Shown one piece after another: positions 25,141 to 38,041 of a DNA stretch of 64,000 bases. The stretch is from the NCBI RefSeq assembly GCF_001194135.2, contig NC_069001.1, positions 22,660,400 to 22,724,399 of the forward strand. The letters run 5' to 3'. A program made the translations under genes and the position numbers. The stretch is from Octopus bimaculoides (Eukaryota). The notes under the pieces are model-generated. The model was not told the origin of the DNA, did not search any database, and saw only the letters and a program-made list of their open reading frames with translations. Within the stretch, counting starts at the first letter, position 1. Each line of letters starts with the position of its first letter.

Positions 25141-26664
25141 TATATATATATATNNNNNNNNNNNNNNNNNNNNNNNNNNNNNNNNNNNNNNNNNNNNNNN
25201 NNNNNNNNNNNNNNNNNNNNNNNNNNNNNNNNNNNNNNNNNNNNNNNNNNNNNNNNNNNNNNNNNNNNNNNNNNNNNNNNNNNNNNNNNNNNNNNNNNNN
25301 NNNNNNNNNNNNNNNNNNNNNNNNNNNNNNNNNNNNNNNNNNNNNNNNTTACAAGTACAGCAGATTATTTTCAAAACTATATTCTTTAAAAATAATCGGT
25401 GAAAATTTGAAATAATTTAACAACATCCAATTCTATTAAACCCTTTAAATTTGAGATCGTTTTGGAAAAATATTTGAAGTATTAATATTTGAAGTATTAT
25501 ATGATATGGTCACAAAATGATTTATGATTTTATTTTACTTGTAACTAAAGGATCCATAGAAATGCCTTATTTCATGATTCACCTTATTTCTATGTTTATG
25601 CATAAAGTTATTGTGCTTCGTAACTTTGTCTCTTTCTGTTTATAATTTTAAATATCTCTGATTCTGTTCTATGTTTAAAGCTACTAAAAATGTAACATTC
25701 AAATTTATGGCAATATGTTAGCTAATTCAGTTATGACTTCAATAGTTAAGGTTATTTGAAGCATAACACTAAAATTAGTTTCGGTAATGTTAATGACTTC
25801 CTTTATGTCTGATCTCATTCCATCGTCAAAATTGGCAAAAACTGAACACATGTCACGGACAGAATAATATCATAAATAATGTAATGTTTATTTTATTAGA
25901 TACTGCACAAACTGTTGATTGAATGTAGTTGAAGGTTTGGAAGAAGGGTTGGAAGAAGTGTCTAGTTCAGCAACAAAGAAATTAGACCAGGATGAAAATT
26001 ATGTTGTTGTTCTTGATGTTGTTCAGCATTACTTCAAATTTGATTGAGCATACGATGAAACGTATTCAAATTGTCAACATCCCATCATTTCGTAAAGCAT
26101 GGCGTATGTAGAACAACATTTTTCAATGTGATTTTTCCATTCTGTATGCTAAATTATGACTTGAAGGAGATGCTGACAATTATTTTCTCATAGATAAATC
26201 AACCACACCGAAGTTGCTTAGTTCTGTTGTTCATTTCAAGTATTTAGGAGTAGAGAATTTGATAGAAGAAATATTATTAACATAACTATAGCTTATTGAA
26301 GTACGTAATAAATAGATAAATGAAAAATAGTCTTACAGTTATTACTGCAGGAACGGTTCTGTGGTAAAAGAATTTTGATTCTTATGTAAAATATTACTGT
26401 ATTTGATGCCATTACATATGCACAGGTGTATTAGACATGCTCTAATTTTAGCAACGCATATTCAGGTACAAAATGTTTTTTAGTGAATTAAAGCTTGTCA
26501 TATAAGTCTAACTTTGCATATAGGTCACGAGGGCGTTTTTGAGACGTTTTGGAGAGCAAACATGTGTTTTATGCGTCATCAAATATAGTAAGAAAAAGTG
26601 TTTTCAGACAGTTTGTGCTGAAGGAATTTTTTGTTATAAAATTATAGACATCTTTTGATATATT

Positions 26665-26887
26665 GGTTCCAAATTGGTTTCAAATTATGGCACAAGTCCA
26701 GCTAGTTTTGGAGCAGAGTTACGTCGATGTAATCGACTTCAATGCTCAACTGCTACTTATTTTATCGACTCTGAAAGGATGGAAGGCAAAGTCGACCCCG
26801 GTGGAGTTGAACTCGGAATGTAAAAACGAACGAAATGCTACTAAGCATTTCGCCTGATGTGCTAACAATTCCGCCAGTTCACCGCCT
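26665..26887 (-). mobile_element. SINE family B
   Basis: GAAAGGATGGAAGGCAAAGTCGACC...CCGCCAGTTCACCGCC. Confidence 0.88.
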
Positions 26888-27324
26888 TGTCTTCCTTTGA
26901 TATAATGATAATGATGACGAGTTTATTACTTCATTGTGTACTTCATTTCAAACATTTATACATCATGAATGTTAAATTCAGGACTAAATATCTTTGCGTT
27001 TAAGTTTTGAAGTGCAAGACCAATTACTTTATTACATTTGCTTTTACTTATTTTTCTTATATTTGGTTTGATCATAGGGAGTAGAGTAGCACCAGTGAGA
27101 ATACCCGAACCATCCGAAGCTGGTTATTGAGAGGAAGGGAAGGAAGTTATGGTCCTAACGATTGGAAGAGATTGACTCTGCTTGAAGTAACGAAACTGTA
27201 GTTGGTGTTTCTAAAAGAGACAATGGTTCAAGGATTTCATCCAATGACAATAAATTCCATCTGATTTTGCATATATCTCCCCAATTCACTGAAAAAAAGC
27301 TTGATTCTAAACTTGCCTCTACTG

Positions 27325-27531
27325 AAGCAAAATGGTATCAAAAATGGAGACCATCTCCCCCTGTGAGATGAAGTTAAAATAATAGACAGAGAACACCACT
27401 GGAAAATACGAAAACTAAAAGAAGCAGCACATATGTTGGGACACAACAACCTCCTAAGCAGACCGAGTGCAGATATGAATAACATATGGGAACCGGTATT
27501 AAGGAAGGATAGGAGAATATTAGATTTATAA
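27325..27531 (+). mobile_element. Penelope-like GIY-YIG endonuclease C-terminal remnant
   Basis: NGDHLPL*DEVKIIDREHHWKIRKLKEAAHM...SADMNNIWEPVL matches the H...W..vkIi.rE..w..Rk.kEa....W pattern of Penelope endonuclease ends. Confidence 0.7.
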
Positions 27532-27585
27532 GGCCTAAAATATTGAACTGTGTATGTGTGTGTGTGTATACACACACACACACGC

Positions 27586-27687
<102 letters not shown>

Positions 27688-28591
27688 ATCATATGTTTGA
27701 TTGTCATGTATTTGCATGGTACGAAAATGATATTAATACAGCCCTTTCCTATTGTTTTAGCGTTTTGCTCCTCTTTAGGTTTTTACGGAGTTGATCAACT
27801 TTATTCCAGAAATGCCTGAACTAATTGTTTGTGTATCAGGAATTCTGTAGCCTAATAAATATCTTTCAATTTGTTGATGATTGGTTGGGATTTGAAGGGT
27901 TAGTAGCATATCTAGGGGAGGGATCAGTGGTGGTCCACACCCCACTGAAACCTTTATGGGATCGACACATTTTTTAGGTTTGCTGAATAAGCCTTTATAG
28001 GTTAAGGGGCCAAAGGTTAGGTGACGAGGGCTGCCTGGTACAGCACACGTTTTAGCTATATCATCTGAGTGAGATGAAGTTGCTAATTTTTATCCAGTAC
28101 AACAATCGTACAGAGATTCCTTCATTGATTCAGGCAGTTCATATTTAAAGGGTGATGTATAATTTAATGGTGAATTATTAGCAAATAAATGATTTTTGCT
28201 AACAGAATAGAATATATAGAAAATAGATGGATCTTTCTAATCAGAAAATGTTTTATTTTTCCATTTCCCATACATTCTCTACCAAATATAGTTTTTAGTG
28301 TATACAGTTATCACAATGACAATATTACAAAGTTATCTCATTGATCAGCAGTACCAATTCAAATATGTATTACTTGTTTAGCGGATATCTTTCAAAATTC
28401 ATTTTTCACTATTTATATCAGTAATGTATTGTAATTGGTCTATTTTATGTATATCTATGAGTAACAAAACTCGGTAGATGTGTGCGTGTGCATGTACCTA
28501 TATATATATATATATATATATATACACCTACATACATGTGTGTGTGTAGATGCTTGTATACACATATATATTGTATCTAATATCTATATCT

Positions 28592-28672
<81 letters not shown>

Positions 28673-29089
28673 ATATATATATATGCATATATACTCAAAA
28701 ACTTAATACAACTATATATATGTGTGTGTGTCTCTGTGTGTATACATACATACAATCATATATGCATACACACACATATGTATACTTTTGTTTCTGTATG
28801 TCTGTCCAAATGTTCATGTCTAAATAGTATTCTATCTTTAGAAGTATATACGAATTTGTGTTTGTATCCATGTGTGCTTGCGTGCACATAGCATCATTTC
28901 ATTGTCAATTTTCATATTAAATACTGATATAGTTTGAAGCATAGCTTGATAAAAAAGAAAAGAAAAGACTCTCTCTTCACTTTCCTCTCTTATATATACA
29001 TTTGTTCTTGCAGAAAAGATTACATGCATACATACATGCATACATATATAACACATAGTATATATATACATGTATATAAGTGAGTGTAC

Positions 29090-29140
<51 letters not shown>

Positions 29141-29442
29141 GTGCAATGGCAGTTAAGTATCAAAATGTACGCAATACTTTTGGATAAAGCGAAATAGCAA
29201 TATATTTTCTAAGTTTAATTTGTACGAGTCACTATTTGCAGTTTCTCGATTGTGGTTTTCGGTATCTAGCACTGTGGATTTTTGAGGTTTGTCCGTTACA
29301 AATCAGGAGTGTCCCAACTTCGTCATCAGGTGACATGAAAAATATAGTACTCTTCTTCATGTTACAATGGAAATACAGAGATTTTTCTTAGAAGACATTA
29401 GTCATGAGACAATAGACAAAAGTCTTCTTAGGAAAATATTGG

Positions 29443-29645
29443 TTTCAAATTTTGGCACAAGGCCAGCAATTTTGGAGAATGGGGCTAAGTCAATTACATC
29501 GACCCAAGTGCTCCACGGATACATATTTCATCGACCCCGAAAGAATGAAAGGCAAATTCGACCACGGCGGAATTTGAACTCAGGAGGTAGCGATGGACGA
29601 AATATCACTAAGAATTTTTCCCGGCGCACTAACAACTGTGCCTGC
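29443..29645 (-). mobile_element. SINE family B
   Basis: ATCGACCCCGAAAGAATGAAAGGCAAATTCGACCACGGCGGAATTTGAACTC. Confidence 0.88.
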
Positions 29646-30044
29646 TCTCTGCCTTATATTTTGCGGGAAAAAAATTGCCAACACACATTGTCGGCTAAAC
29701 TTGTCTGAGAAAGTGGGAAGTATAAACAGGCTGACATTTCTTAGATCTATTGTAGATTCAATTACTTTCATTGCGTTTGCCTTTTCCTGTTCTTTTCTAA
29801 CTGTGCACATCATTATCAAAATAATCATTATATTTAGAATAAGCATATCTGTAATTCTTACACCTATAAATTTGTATATCTCTGACTTAGCAATTTTGTA
29901 TCTTTCAAACTTGCAGTCTCTTGATTTGTTAAATTGGTTGAGTCTATATTTCTACATTTTGTAAGTATGTAATTCTATGTAACTGATTTGCTTGTATGTA
30001 TTGATATATACATATATTTCCAACTGTCTGCATACATACAAACA

Positions 30045-30077
<33 letters not shown>

Positions 30078-30164
30078 GCGTGTGTGTATGTATATATGTA
30101 TGTACACACACACATCACCTAAGGATTTCGAGAATATAATCACTTATCAGAAATTACGTATATT

Positions 30165-30521
30165 TTTTTCTACTCTAAGCACAAGGCTCGAAATTTTGGG
30201 GGAGAAGGCGAGTCGATTAGATTGACTCCAGTACGCATCTGGTATTTAATTTATCGACCCCGAAATGTTGAATAGCAAAGTCGACCTCGGCGGAGTTTGA
30301 ACTCAGAACATAAAGACAGACGAAATACCGCAAAGCATTTCTCCCCGCGTGCTAACGTTTCTTATTTCTTTACTGCCCAGAAGGGGATACACACAGAGGG
30401 GACAAACAAGGACAGACAAACGGATTAAGTCTGTCTACGTTTTGAACTCAAAACGTAGCGGCAGACGAAATACCGCTAAGCATTTCGCCCGGCGTGCTAA
30501 CCACTCTGCCAGCTCGCCGCC
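30165..30521 (-). mobile_element. Two adjacent SINE family B copies (30165-30360; 30361-30521, with a different tail and internal deletion)
   Basis: Two GAACTC..AAC.TA...GACGAAATACCGC.AAGCATTTC heads in series. Confidence 0.85.
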
Positions 30522-30524
30522 TTG

Positions 30525-31352
30525 ATAAGTTACGTATATTGGCCTACGATAGACCGTGACATTGAACAGTCGGTGAAATTCTGCAGAAGTTGTGTTCTTG
30601 CAGCCAAGTCACCACCGGTAAAATTCCAACCGTGGCCTAAAACCGACAGTCCATGGACCAGGCTTCATATAGATTTTGCTGGACCAGTAAATGGCGCGTA
30701 TTACCTGATAGTAGTAGGTAGTTATACTAAGTAGCCAGAAAAATTCGGAGATGCAGAAAACCAACCTGCATGGTAACAACAGAATTTCTTCATGAACTTC
30801 GTGCAAGATATGGTATCTCGGACGCCATAGTATCCGATAAAGGTACGCAGTTTACAGCGTATGAATTCGATGATGCAGCATTAACACAATTCTTGAGGGT
30901 TTATAGGATAAAAAACCAAACTCAAGCACTTGCTCAAGCAAGTCGCTGCGGAACTAATATTTGCTCGAAAAATAAAGTCAATTTTTGACAAGATGTTGCG
31001 AGTAAGAAAGACAAACAGGGAAAACGCTAAAAACACGACAAAATATTTTAATATCGGTAACAAAGTGTTTTTCAAAATACATAAAAATGGAGTAGAAGTT
31101 TGGGAAGACGTATTAGCAACAAAAAGAATACACAAAATGATATATATGATAAGAGGCGAAAATGGGAACACAGAAGACATTAAACCAACTAGAAAATAGT
31201 TATACAGAAAAAGAAAAGAGATACCCATGGAAGTGCTCCACGACACCTTTGACGTTCTAACGCCACAAGAAGTCGAACCTAGGCGTAGCAATACAAGAAA
31301 GAGGATACAAACAGAACTGTTGGAAGTAGTGCCTAATCGAAAGAAATATTAA
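30525..31352 (+). mobile_element. Gypsy/Ty3 LTR-retrotransposon integrase remnant
   Basis: SYVYWPTIDRDIEQSVKFCRSC (end of zinc finger), PWTRLHIDFAGPVNG (first D), IVSDKGTQF (second D), then a deletion and a C-terminal F.IGNKVF..W region; several stops and frameshifts; no LTRs seen. Confidence 0.9.
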
Positions 31353-31399
31353 ACTTCCCAAAGAAGAATATCTCAAGAGAAATGTGATGAAAGAAAAAG

Positions 31400-31490
31400 G
31401 GTAGTTGTGTGGTAAGAAGCTTGCTTACCAACCACATAGTTCCGGATTCAGTCCCACTGCGTGGCACATTGGACAAGTCTTTTCAGATAT
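31400..31490 (+). mobile_element. SINE family A head only
   Basis: GTTGTGTGGTAAGAAGCTTGCTTACCAACCACAT...CAGTCCCACTGCGTGGCAC. Confidence 0.8.
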
Positions 31491-31879
31491 TGACTGCTTC
31501 TCTCTAAGAGCATCATTATCTGAAGCAAGAGAGGATATATTTGACATGTCCTGTTTTTGTTTAAGGCAGTGTAATATGATTATAGTGAGATTTGGTAATC
31601 ATTTTTAGAGGATAGAGCATCTGTCTATATGTTCCCTTCTTCACGTATATGCCAATATATCATATAGCATAGTCTGACTTTTCATTTTGGCCATCAATAG
31701 AACTATTTTTAACTTGTGCATCATATCATAAAAGTTATACACAACAGATGATGTGGTGGTAGTCTGTCGTAGTCTGAGAAAGACGGTTTTGCAATTTCTT
31801 GCTGAACAATCTACACAAATGATTTGTTTATAGTAATCAAATGTATGTGTCATTCATTAGCTCATTCCTTCCATCAAAT

Positions 31880-32095
31880 CAACGTTGCCTGAACAGGTGA
31901 ATGGTGTACCACACGTCAGACGGTGACGTGATCGCAGAGCAGCGTAAGATGAAATGTTTTGCTCAAGGAAACGACACAACACTCGGTTCAGTGAACTGCA
32001 GTTACAAGTAACTGGTGAGTCGTGTTCTTGAGCAAAACTTGGATCAGGAATTGAAACCACAATCTAGTGATCGTGAGCGCAGCAAACTAATCGGT
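31880..32095 (-). mobile_element. Decayed SINE related to families C/D
   Basis: GATGAAATGTTTTGCTCAAGG and GGAATTGAAACCAC (reverse B box) motifs. Confidence 0.5.
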
Positions 32096-32375
32096 AGGTC
32101 ATATATCTCAACACATTGTAGGTAACCAACTAAAAAATCATCAGGAATCTCTTGGTTGTTTGACGTTTATTGTCTAATTCTGAATGGCACAATTTTGCTG
32201 GCTTCTAAACACTATTTTTTATGTGCGTTTCTTGCGTTTGGTGCCTTTATTTCATACTATTCTTTAGTGGGATTTTTTTCAGTGGAAACATTATTTTGCA
32301 AAAAGTGAAATATCAGACTTTTGAAATATCAGCTTTCGGCATGTGAAATTTGAAGCATCAGGTCCACTAACTATT

Positions 32376-32589
32376 GGTTTCAAACACTGGCACAATGTCA
32401 TCAAGTTCGGGGGATGGGGTAAGTCGATTGCATCGACCCCAGTAATCAACTGGTACCCATTTTATTGACATCGAGTGGATGAAAGACAAAGTCAACTTCG
32501 ATGGAATTTGAACTCAGAACATAAAGACAGGCGAAATGCCGCTAGGCATTTGGCCCGGCGCAGTAATGATTCTGCCAGCTCGCAGCCTT
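32376..32589 (-). mobile_element. SINE family B with 16-bp target-site duplication
   Basis: AGGTCCACTAACTATT at 32360-32375 and 32590-32605. Confidence 0.92.
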
Positions 32590-34061
32590 AGGTCCACTAA
32601 CTATTAAAACATGAAACAATGCTAAAGGGAAATATATTTTGTGAAAGGTAAAATATATTTTGTGATGTATAAGTTGAAATATTCTGGAATGTGACCGAGG
32701 TAATATTAAAGCTTTGTAGGCTCTCAGATATAAATAACTTGAAAGAATTACAATATTTTGGTGGGTTATGAGAGTTGAAATATTAAACATACGCAATTTA
32801 CTCTACATACTGCATTTTATAATGGATTTCATTCTTTTCTTTAGTTATACTTATATAACAACGTTTGTGCGTAGAGGTGTACTCATACACATATTCATAA
32901 ACACACAATAATACAAATTCACAAATATTTCCTTTGATGAACACAAAAGGAAAAATATGAACAATTGTTATTCCGATGTATTGCACCACTCACGCTATCT
33001 TCAATTTTTTCGGTGATTTTCAAACAGAATTTTGTCGGTTTAACGTAAAATTTCAATAATATTGTCAAATAATAACAAAAAATAGCTGTAAGTAATGAAA
33101 CTTAATTCCCTGTAAAAATTCCAATGAAACTAACGCAAAAAGCTGATAGCAGGATTCATTCCGTTACACACCGCTAACCAAAAAAAATTATGAGAGAAGA
33201 TTTGTTATTAATTTATTCAATTTTATCTTTTAATATTGCAAAGTTAATGATAAGAAATTTTATTTTATATCTGTGAGTATAAATGTGTGCTTATGTAGGT
33301 GTATAAGCGCTCATACTGATATATANNNNNNNNNNNNNNNNNNNNNNNNNNNNNNNNNNNNNNNNNNNNNNNNNNNNNNNNNNNNNNNNNNNNNNNNNNN
33401 NNNNNNNNNNNNNNNNNNNNNNNNNNNNNNNNNNNNNNNNNNNNNNNNNNNNNNNNNNNNNNNNNNNNNNNNNNNNNNNNNNNNNNNNNNNNNNNNNNNN
33501 NNNNNNNNNNNNNNNNNNNNNNNNNNNNNNNNNNNNNNNNNNNNNNNNNNNNNNNNNNNNNNNNNNNNNNNNNNNNNNNNNNNNNNNNNNNNNNNNNNNN
33601 NNNNNNNNNNNNNNNNNNNNNNNNNNNNNNNNNNNNNNNNNNNNNNNNNNNNNNNNNNNNNNNNNNNNNNNNNNNNNNNNNNNNNNNNNNNNNNNNNNNN
33701 NNNNNNNNNNNNNNNNNNNNNNNNNNNNNNNNNNNNNNNNNNNNNNNNNNNNNNNNNNNNNNNNNNNNNNNNNNNNNNNNNNNNNNNNNNNNNNNNNNNN
33801 NNNNNNNNNNNNNNNNNNNNNNNNNNNNNNNNNNNNNNNNNNNNNNNNNNNNNNNNNNNNNNNNNNNNNNNNNNNNNNNNNNNNNNNNNNNNNNNNNNNN
33901 NNNNNNNNNNNNNNNNNNNNNNNNNNNNNNNNNNNNNNNNNNNNNNNNNNNNNNNNNNNNNNNNNNNNNNNNNNNNNNNNNNNNNNNNNNNNNNNNNNNN
34001 NNNNNNNNNNNNNNNNNNNNNNNNNNNNNNNNNNNNNNNNNNNNNNNNNNNNNNNNNNNNN

Positions 34062-34108
<47 letters not shown>

Positions 34109-35447
34109 TATACATATACACATTATATATATACACACATATATATATGTAGATATATATGTATATATAAATTATATATATATATACATATATATGCACA
34201 TATATGTGTGTAGGTGTATATAAATGTGTGTATATATTTATATATATATATACCATTATATGCATGATTCGTGCGCGCGCTTGATGTGTGTGTTTGTGTG
34301 CGCGTGTAGGTATGTATCCGACAATTAAAACTGAAATAATAATAGAAAAAGGCCATTCACCATTTTTCTTTTATTCAATATTTGAACGTAGGAGAGCGTA
34401 CGATTTTGAGTGAATACGTACGTTTGTACGCGCACGTCAATGTACAAGTGTGTATGTTTGTACGGCTTTGTGTATATGTGTCACAAAAATTAACAACTTC
34501 AAACATCTATAGATATAAAAAGATAAAGTTGGAAAACGAAATGAAATTGTTATAAATTTATGAATGGATACCTGACACATAGTTACACACGCATTCACGC
34601 ACGAAATGATTGATACATATATACGTATGTAGAAACATAAGCTCGGACGTACACTAACACATACGTATAAAAACACAGATATACAGTCACGTCTTTGATT
34701 TTCTATTTTCTATTTATTTAAGATGATTCGTAATGGTTATCATTTTCAATTGATTTTATTGTTTTAGTGTTTCGAAATCTAATTACAATTTGCATCGTTC
34801 ATGATTCATATATATATATTCATACATATGTATGTACATACACATATATGTATGTATGGATGGACGGATGAATGGATGTGTGTGTGTATATAAATGTAGG
34901 TATATGTGTGTGTGTGTGTGTATATGTGTGTATACATATTTAACTTGATACAGTTCTTTTAGAGAAGACATACATTGTAACGCACGGTGACTGTTTAACG
35001 AAGTACTTATTTTAATATGAAAATCAGAGTTACAATGTATTTTCTATAAAGCACTCAATATAGGCATTGAGTACTCCCCTTCTTCTTTGTGAAAGCAATA
35101 TTTGTAGTATATATTCTTAGATAGATACACACATCTTTACTCAATTACTCATATATACTGAAATACACGTATGTACAAACACACACATACACACATGATG
35201 TAATCTCTAGCTTTTCGGCTAGTGATCTTAAGGTCATGGGTTCCATTCTCAACCAATGCATGGTATCGTGTACTTGAAGTCGTTTCCTTTTGCTTCCTTT
35301 CACATTTCCATATAACATATCTTTGCTCTTTCTCGTGTTCCTCGATGACGAAGATCTACACAAGTTTGGAAAGAACACGATACTTCATCCAAGAAATTGA
35401 CGCACAGCTAACAGTGAATTACATTATCTGCCTATTCAACACCTTCA

Positions 35448-35502
35448 GTGTGCCGTGTGCCGTGTGCCGTGTGCCGTGTGCCGTGTGCCGTGTGCCGTGT
35501 GC
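35448..35502. repeat. (GTGTGCC)x7.9 perfect heptamer repeat
   Basis: Directly visible. Confidence 0.95.
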
Positions 35503-35514
35503 TCATGAGAGAGT

Positions 35515-35665
35515 AAACTGCAAAACTAATGCTTTATCGGTTACGACGACGAGTGTTCCAGTTGATCCTACAAACGGAACAGCCTGCTCGTGATATTTAC
35601 CGTGTAAGTGGCTGAACACTCCACAAACATACGTACACCTTAACGAAGTTCTCAGGGAGATTCAG
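35515..35665 (-). mobile_element. SINE family C, 3' fragment
   Basis: TTCCAGTTGATCC...AACGGAACAGCCT.CTCGTGA...AAGTGGCTGA.CACTCCACA shared with 61931-62318. Confidence 0.8.
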
Positions 35666-36499
35666 ATTCACCTTCGTACTGGGTTCCATACGATGAAAAC
35701 ACACACCCCACTGTGTATGCATTCGGGTAGACACACACGGACACGTGCACGCACGCACGCACGCACACACTCATACACACTCGCAACCGCCCATATATAT
35801 ACAAAGTAGAGAGGAGAGACAAAATGAAATACCCTTAAGGCGAGGCAAGTGCAATGATAATAGCAAAGACAGCAACAACAACGAGAACAATAATAGCAAT
35901 TATTGTAACTACTTTATGAACCGCCCACACTTTATGTCTGTCTCTGTATTGTCCCCCTCATCCTTCGCTTTTGTGGCAAATAAATGAAATTATTAAATCA
36001 GAATGTTGAACCGAATCCATAAGTGAATATCAATAATTCATGGTATCAGTTTCAAAATTCTTCTCAGAAGACCTCACTCTCCACATACATCCACACACAC
36101 ACACACACACGCGCGCGCACACACATACATTCACTTTCCCCTACACATACCGAACCTACGCGTAAAGTCATCTACACACATATAGACACACACGTGTGCC
36201 AATGCACCCACGCGTATGCACATAAATAACATACTGTTAGATAAACCTGTCTTGCCCTTCATTCCGTCGAGTCGCCGTATAAAATACCTGAGGTTAACTT
36301 TTAGTTAAGAGCCCACTCATTCCTTTTCAAAAGAATATTGGTGTAGACATCTAAGGGATGATAAATTTGACATGGCTTAGGAGTTTTCGGATTCTACCCA
36401 TGTTACTCGTCATGTAGCGTTATGTATCTACATTGGAAACTGAAAGAGAGCTTCCCAAAACTATAGAGAATATTTTGTATATACATATGTGTATGTATA

Positions 36500-37109
36500 G
36501 GATATGCAGGGGCATGATTGTGTGGTACGAAGCTTGCTTCCCAACCACATGCTACCGGGTTTAGTCTCACTGCTACCTTAGGCATCTGTATTCTACTATA
36601 GTCTCTGGCCAACCAAAACCTTGTGAGCGGATTTGGTAGACAGAAACTGAAAGAGGTCTGTCGTACATATTTATATATGTGTGTATATGTCTATGTGTAT
36701 ACGTCTTTGTGCCTATGTTTGTCCCTACCCCATCAGGTGTGGCTGTGTGGTAAGTAGCTAGCTTACCAACCACATGATTCCAGGTTCAGTCCCACTGCGT
36801 AGAACCTTGAGCAAGTGTTTTCTGCTATCGCCATGGGCCGACCAAATCTTTGTGAGTGGATTTGGTAGACGGAAACTGAAAGAAGCCTGTCATATATGTT
36901 TATGTGTATTTGTGTTTTTCCTCCACTATCGCTTGAGAACCCATGTTGGGGTGTTTACGTCACCGTAACTTAGCGGTTCGGTATAAGAGGCCAATAGAAT
37001 AAGTACTAGGCTTGCAAAGAATAATTTTTGGGGTCGATTTGTTCAACTAAAGGCGGTGCTCCAGCATGGCCGCAGTCAAATGACTGAAACAAAAGAATAA
37101 AAGAATAAA
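36500..37109 (+). mobile_element. Head-to-tail SINE family A pair (36500-36733 truncated; 36735-37109 near full-length)
   Basis: Two successive GTGTGGTA...CCAACCACATG...GGAAACTGAAAGA blocks and a single 3' tail. Confidence 0.9.
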
Positions 37110-37792
37110 CAAAACTAACAACTTGCTGTTTAACCAAGTTAAACTATCGATTAATTAGTTGAATATCTAACCAGTTGACTAATTGGAAAGAAGTGGAATT
37201 GAACCAGTGTGTATGTTTATAATATTGGCATAATGACTCTTCCTAGTCACAGCAATATATGTGTGTTTTTGTGTGGGAGGAGAACACATATGCACCACGA
37301 GTTCTTATGAGGTAAATAACGCAAATTTCGGTGTTCTAACAAAACATACGCGTTAAGCTGGCCGTAGAAATTTCCTTTTGATATTAATACTGCTTCCAGC
37401 ACTATTAATTAGTTTTCTAATAAGCCTGCTGGCTATCTGTGATATTGGTGCCTGAAAATACACTAAAATTCTATTTATCACTCTCAGTGAGATTCGGCTG
37501 TTATGTCGATACTGGATGTCTGCCACTGAAGAGCTCAAAACAAGGTGAAATCACGTGAACTGGCATTTCCAGCGGCTGTAGCAGACGGTTCTCGTCTGTC
37601 AGCAATATAAATACGAGTACTTTTATGCATCAGAAGTCTCTCTAGGTTAATAACGCACTAATCGGTGTTCTAACAAAACGTCCACATTTAACTGGACATA
37701 ACGACTGCCATATGCCTGTGTATTTATATATGTACTTGTATATGTACGTGTGTGTTAAATGACCAGTTAACCCAAACATTTCACCGTCTAAC

Positions 37793-37883
37793 CTTTCAGT
37801 CAATCCATCTGCCATCATAGCGAGTAATTCTTTGTCATCCGATAGTTTTCTGTACGAGGAACCAGCTTCACTTTGTACCATAT
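37793..37883 (-). CDS. Candidate 91-nt exon (D)MVQSEAGSSYRKLSDDKELLAMMADGLTE, gene unidentified; strand ambiguous
   Basis: TTACTCTGTTACTCTAG acceptor, GAAAG|GTTAGA donor, one open frame; the plus-strand antisense frame is also open behind CTTTCAG. Confidence 0.3.
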
Positions 37884-37993
37884 CTAGAGTAACAGAGTAA
37901 TGGAATAGCGAAAACAAATTTCATACATCTATATATACATGCGTACATACATTTATATATGTATACATACAAACATTTGCGCATATATATGCA

Positions 37994-38041
<48 letters not shown>

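Noticed and set aside
25925-26047. Protein-like frame VVEGLEEGLEEVSSSATKKLDQDENYVVVLDVVQHYFKFD*
   Set aside because: Bounded by stops, no good splice sites, and contains a small tandem duplication; no family recognised
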